NCBI GenBank assembly: GCA_963771175.1
Contig: CAVYSY010000033.1
Span: 64,001 to 128,000 of the forward strand
Length of the DNA: 64,000 bases
Direction of reading: 5' to 3'
From: an uncultured delta proteobacterium
Lineage (GTDB): Bacteria > Myxococcota > Myxococcia > Myxococcales > Myxococcaceae
The position numbers were made by a program, and so were the translations under genes. This document shows positions 63,579 through 64,000 of the stretch, piece by piece; position 1 is the first letter of the stretch, and every line of letters starts with the position of its first letter. Below the pieces are notes generated by a model. That model was not told the DNA's origin and did not search any database. It saw only the letters and a program-made list of their open reading frames with translations.

Positions 63579-64000
63579 TCAACCCTCGTCGGACTCGGAA
63601 TCCGAGTCGGAGTCGGGGCCGAAATCGCCGCCCGACTCTCCATCCGCGGACTCGGAGCCGAAGTCGGACTCGTCACCGGAATCGCCGGAGTCGGAGTCAC
63701 CCGAGTCCCCCGCCTCACCGGCCTCGCCACTGGAGGCCTCGGCGCTGGCCGACGCGTTGGCGGTGGCACCCGCGCCCGCTCCCGGCTTGCGCCCACCCCG
63801 ACGCCGACGCCGCTTGCGCTTGCGGGGGCCCTCGCCCTCGGACGTGGCGCCCTCGGCCTTCACGGGAGGCAGCTCGCCGCGCTTCCACGCCTCGAGGGCC
63901 TCGCGGTGCTGGCCGGTGGCCTCGACGGAGATCTCGAAGACGACCAGCGCGTCGTTGAAGAGCGGGTGGCGGCGGAACGCCCCGGTGCGGCGGCGGCGCT
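63579..64000 (-). CDS. 3' end of a gene entering from beyond the window; probably poly(A) polymerase PcnB
   Basis: RRRRTGAFRRHPLFNDALVVF, then an RKRKRRRRRGGRK basic patch and an acidic tail, resembling PcnB C-termini. Confidence 0.55.
   Translation of the reverse strand, partial: RRRRTGAFRRHPLFNDALVVFEISVEATGQHREALEAWKRGELPPVKAEGATSEGEGPRKRKRRRRRGGRKPGAGAGATANASASAEASSGEAGEAGDSGDSDSGDSGDESDFGSESADGESGGDFGPDSDSDSESDEG

Overview
High-GC chromosomal segment of a myxobacterium. The many Hanks-type Ser/Thr kinases, MYXO-CTERM tails and lipoprotein toxin/immunity pair point to Cystobacterineae (Archangium/Cystobacter/Myxococcus-like); this is an inference. About 55 CDSs can be called, mostly housekeeping and myxobacterial signalling/envelope genes (nadA, moeB, iscA-like, rnhB, acs, moaD-moaE, tsaB, rlpA, rseP, cdsA, uppS, RluA-family, dinB, probable pcnB end, four Ser/Thr kinases, one MCP). 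At least 13 genes are broken by single-base indels, including housekeeping genes, so these are most likely uncorrected long-read errors rather than pseudogenes. No rRNA, tRNA, CRISPR array, integrase or transposase was seen. Three regions stand out. (1) A ~3 kb AT-richer island (37341-40321) flanked by a perfect 62-bp duplication of the host gene 3' end, carrying only a DUF262 (ParB/Srx-like NTPase) gene coupled to a HipA-family kinase with no HipB: a candidate undescribed defence or toxin-antitoxin module. (2) A sigma54-type operon of OprO/P-like porin, VTC polyphosphate-polymerase domain, thymidylate-kinase fold fused to ~9 helical repeats, DUF4956 and a lipoprotein: a candidate envelope-spanning polyphosphate system. 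(3) A lipoprotein PD-(D/E)xK toxin with a DUF3396-like immunity gene, inserted between that operon and a surface-anchored phosphatase. All family assignments come from motif recognition by eye; no searches were run.
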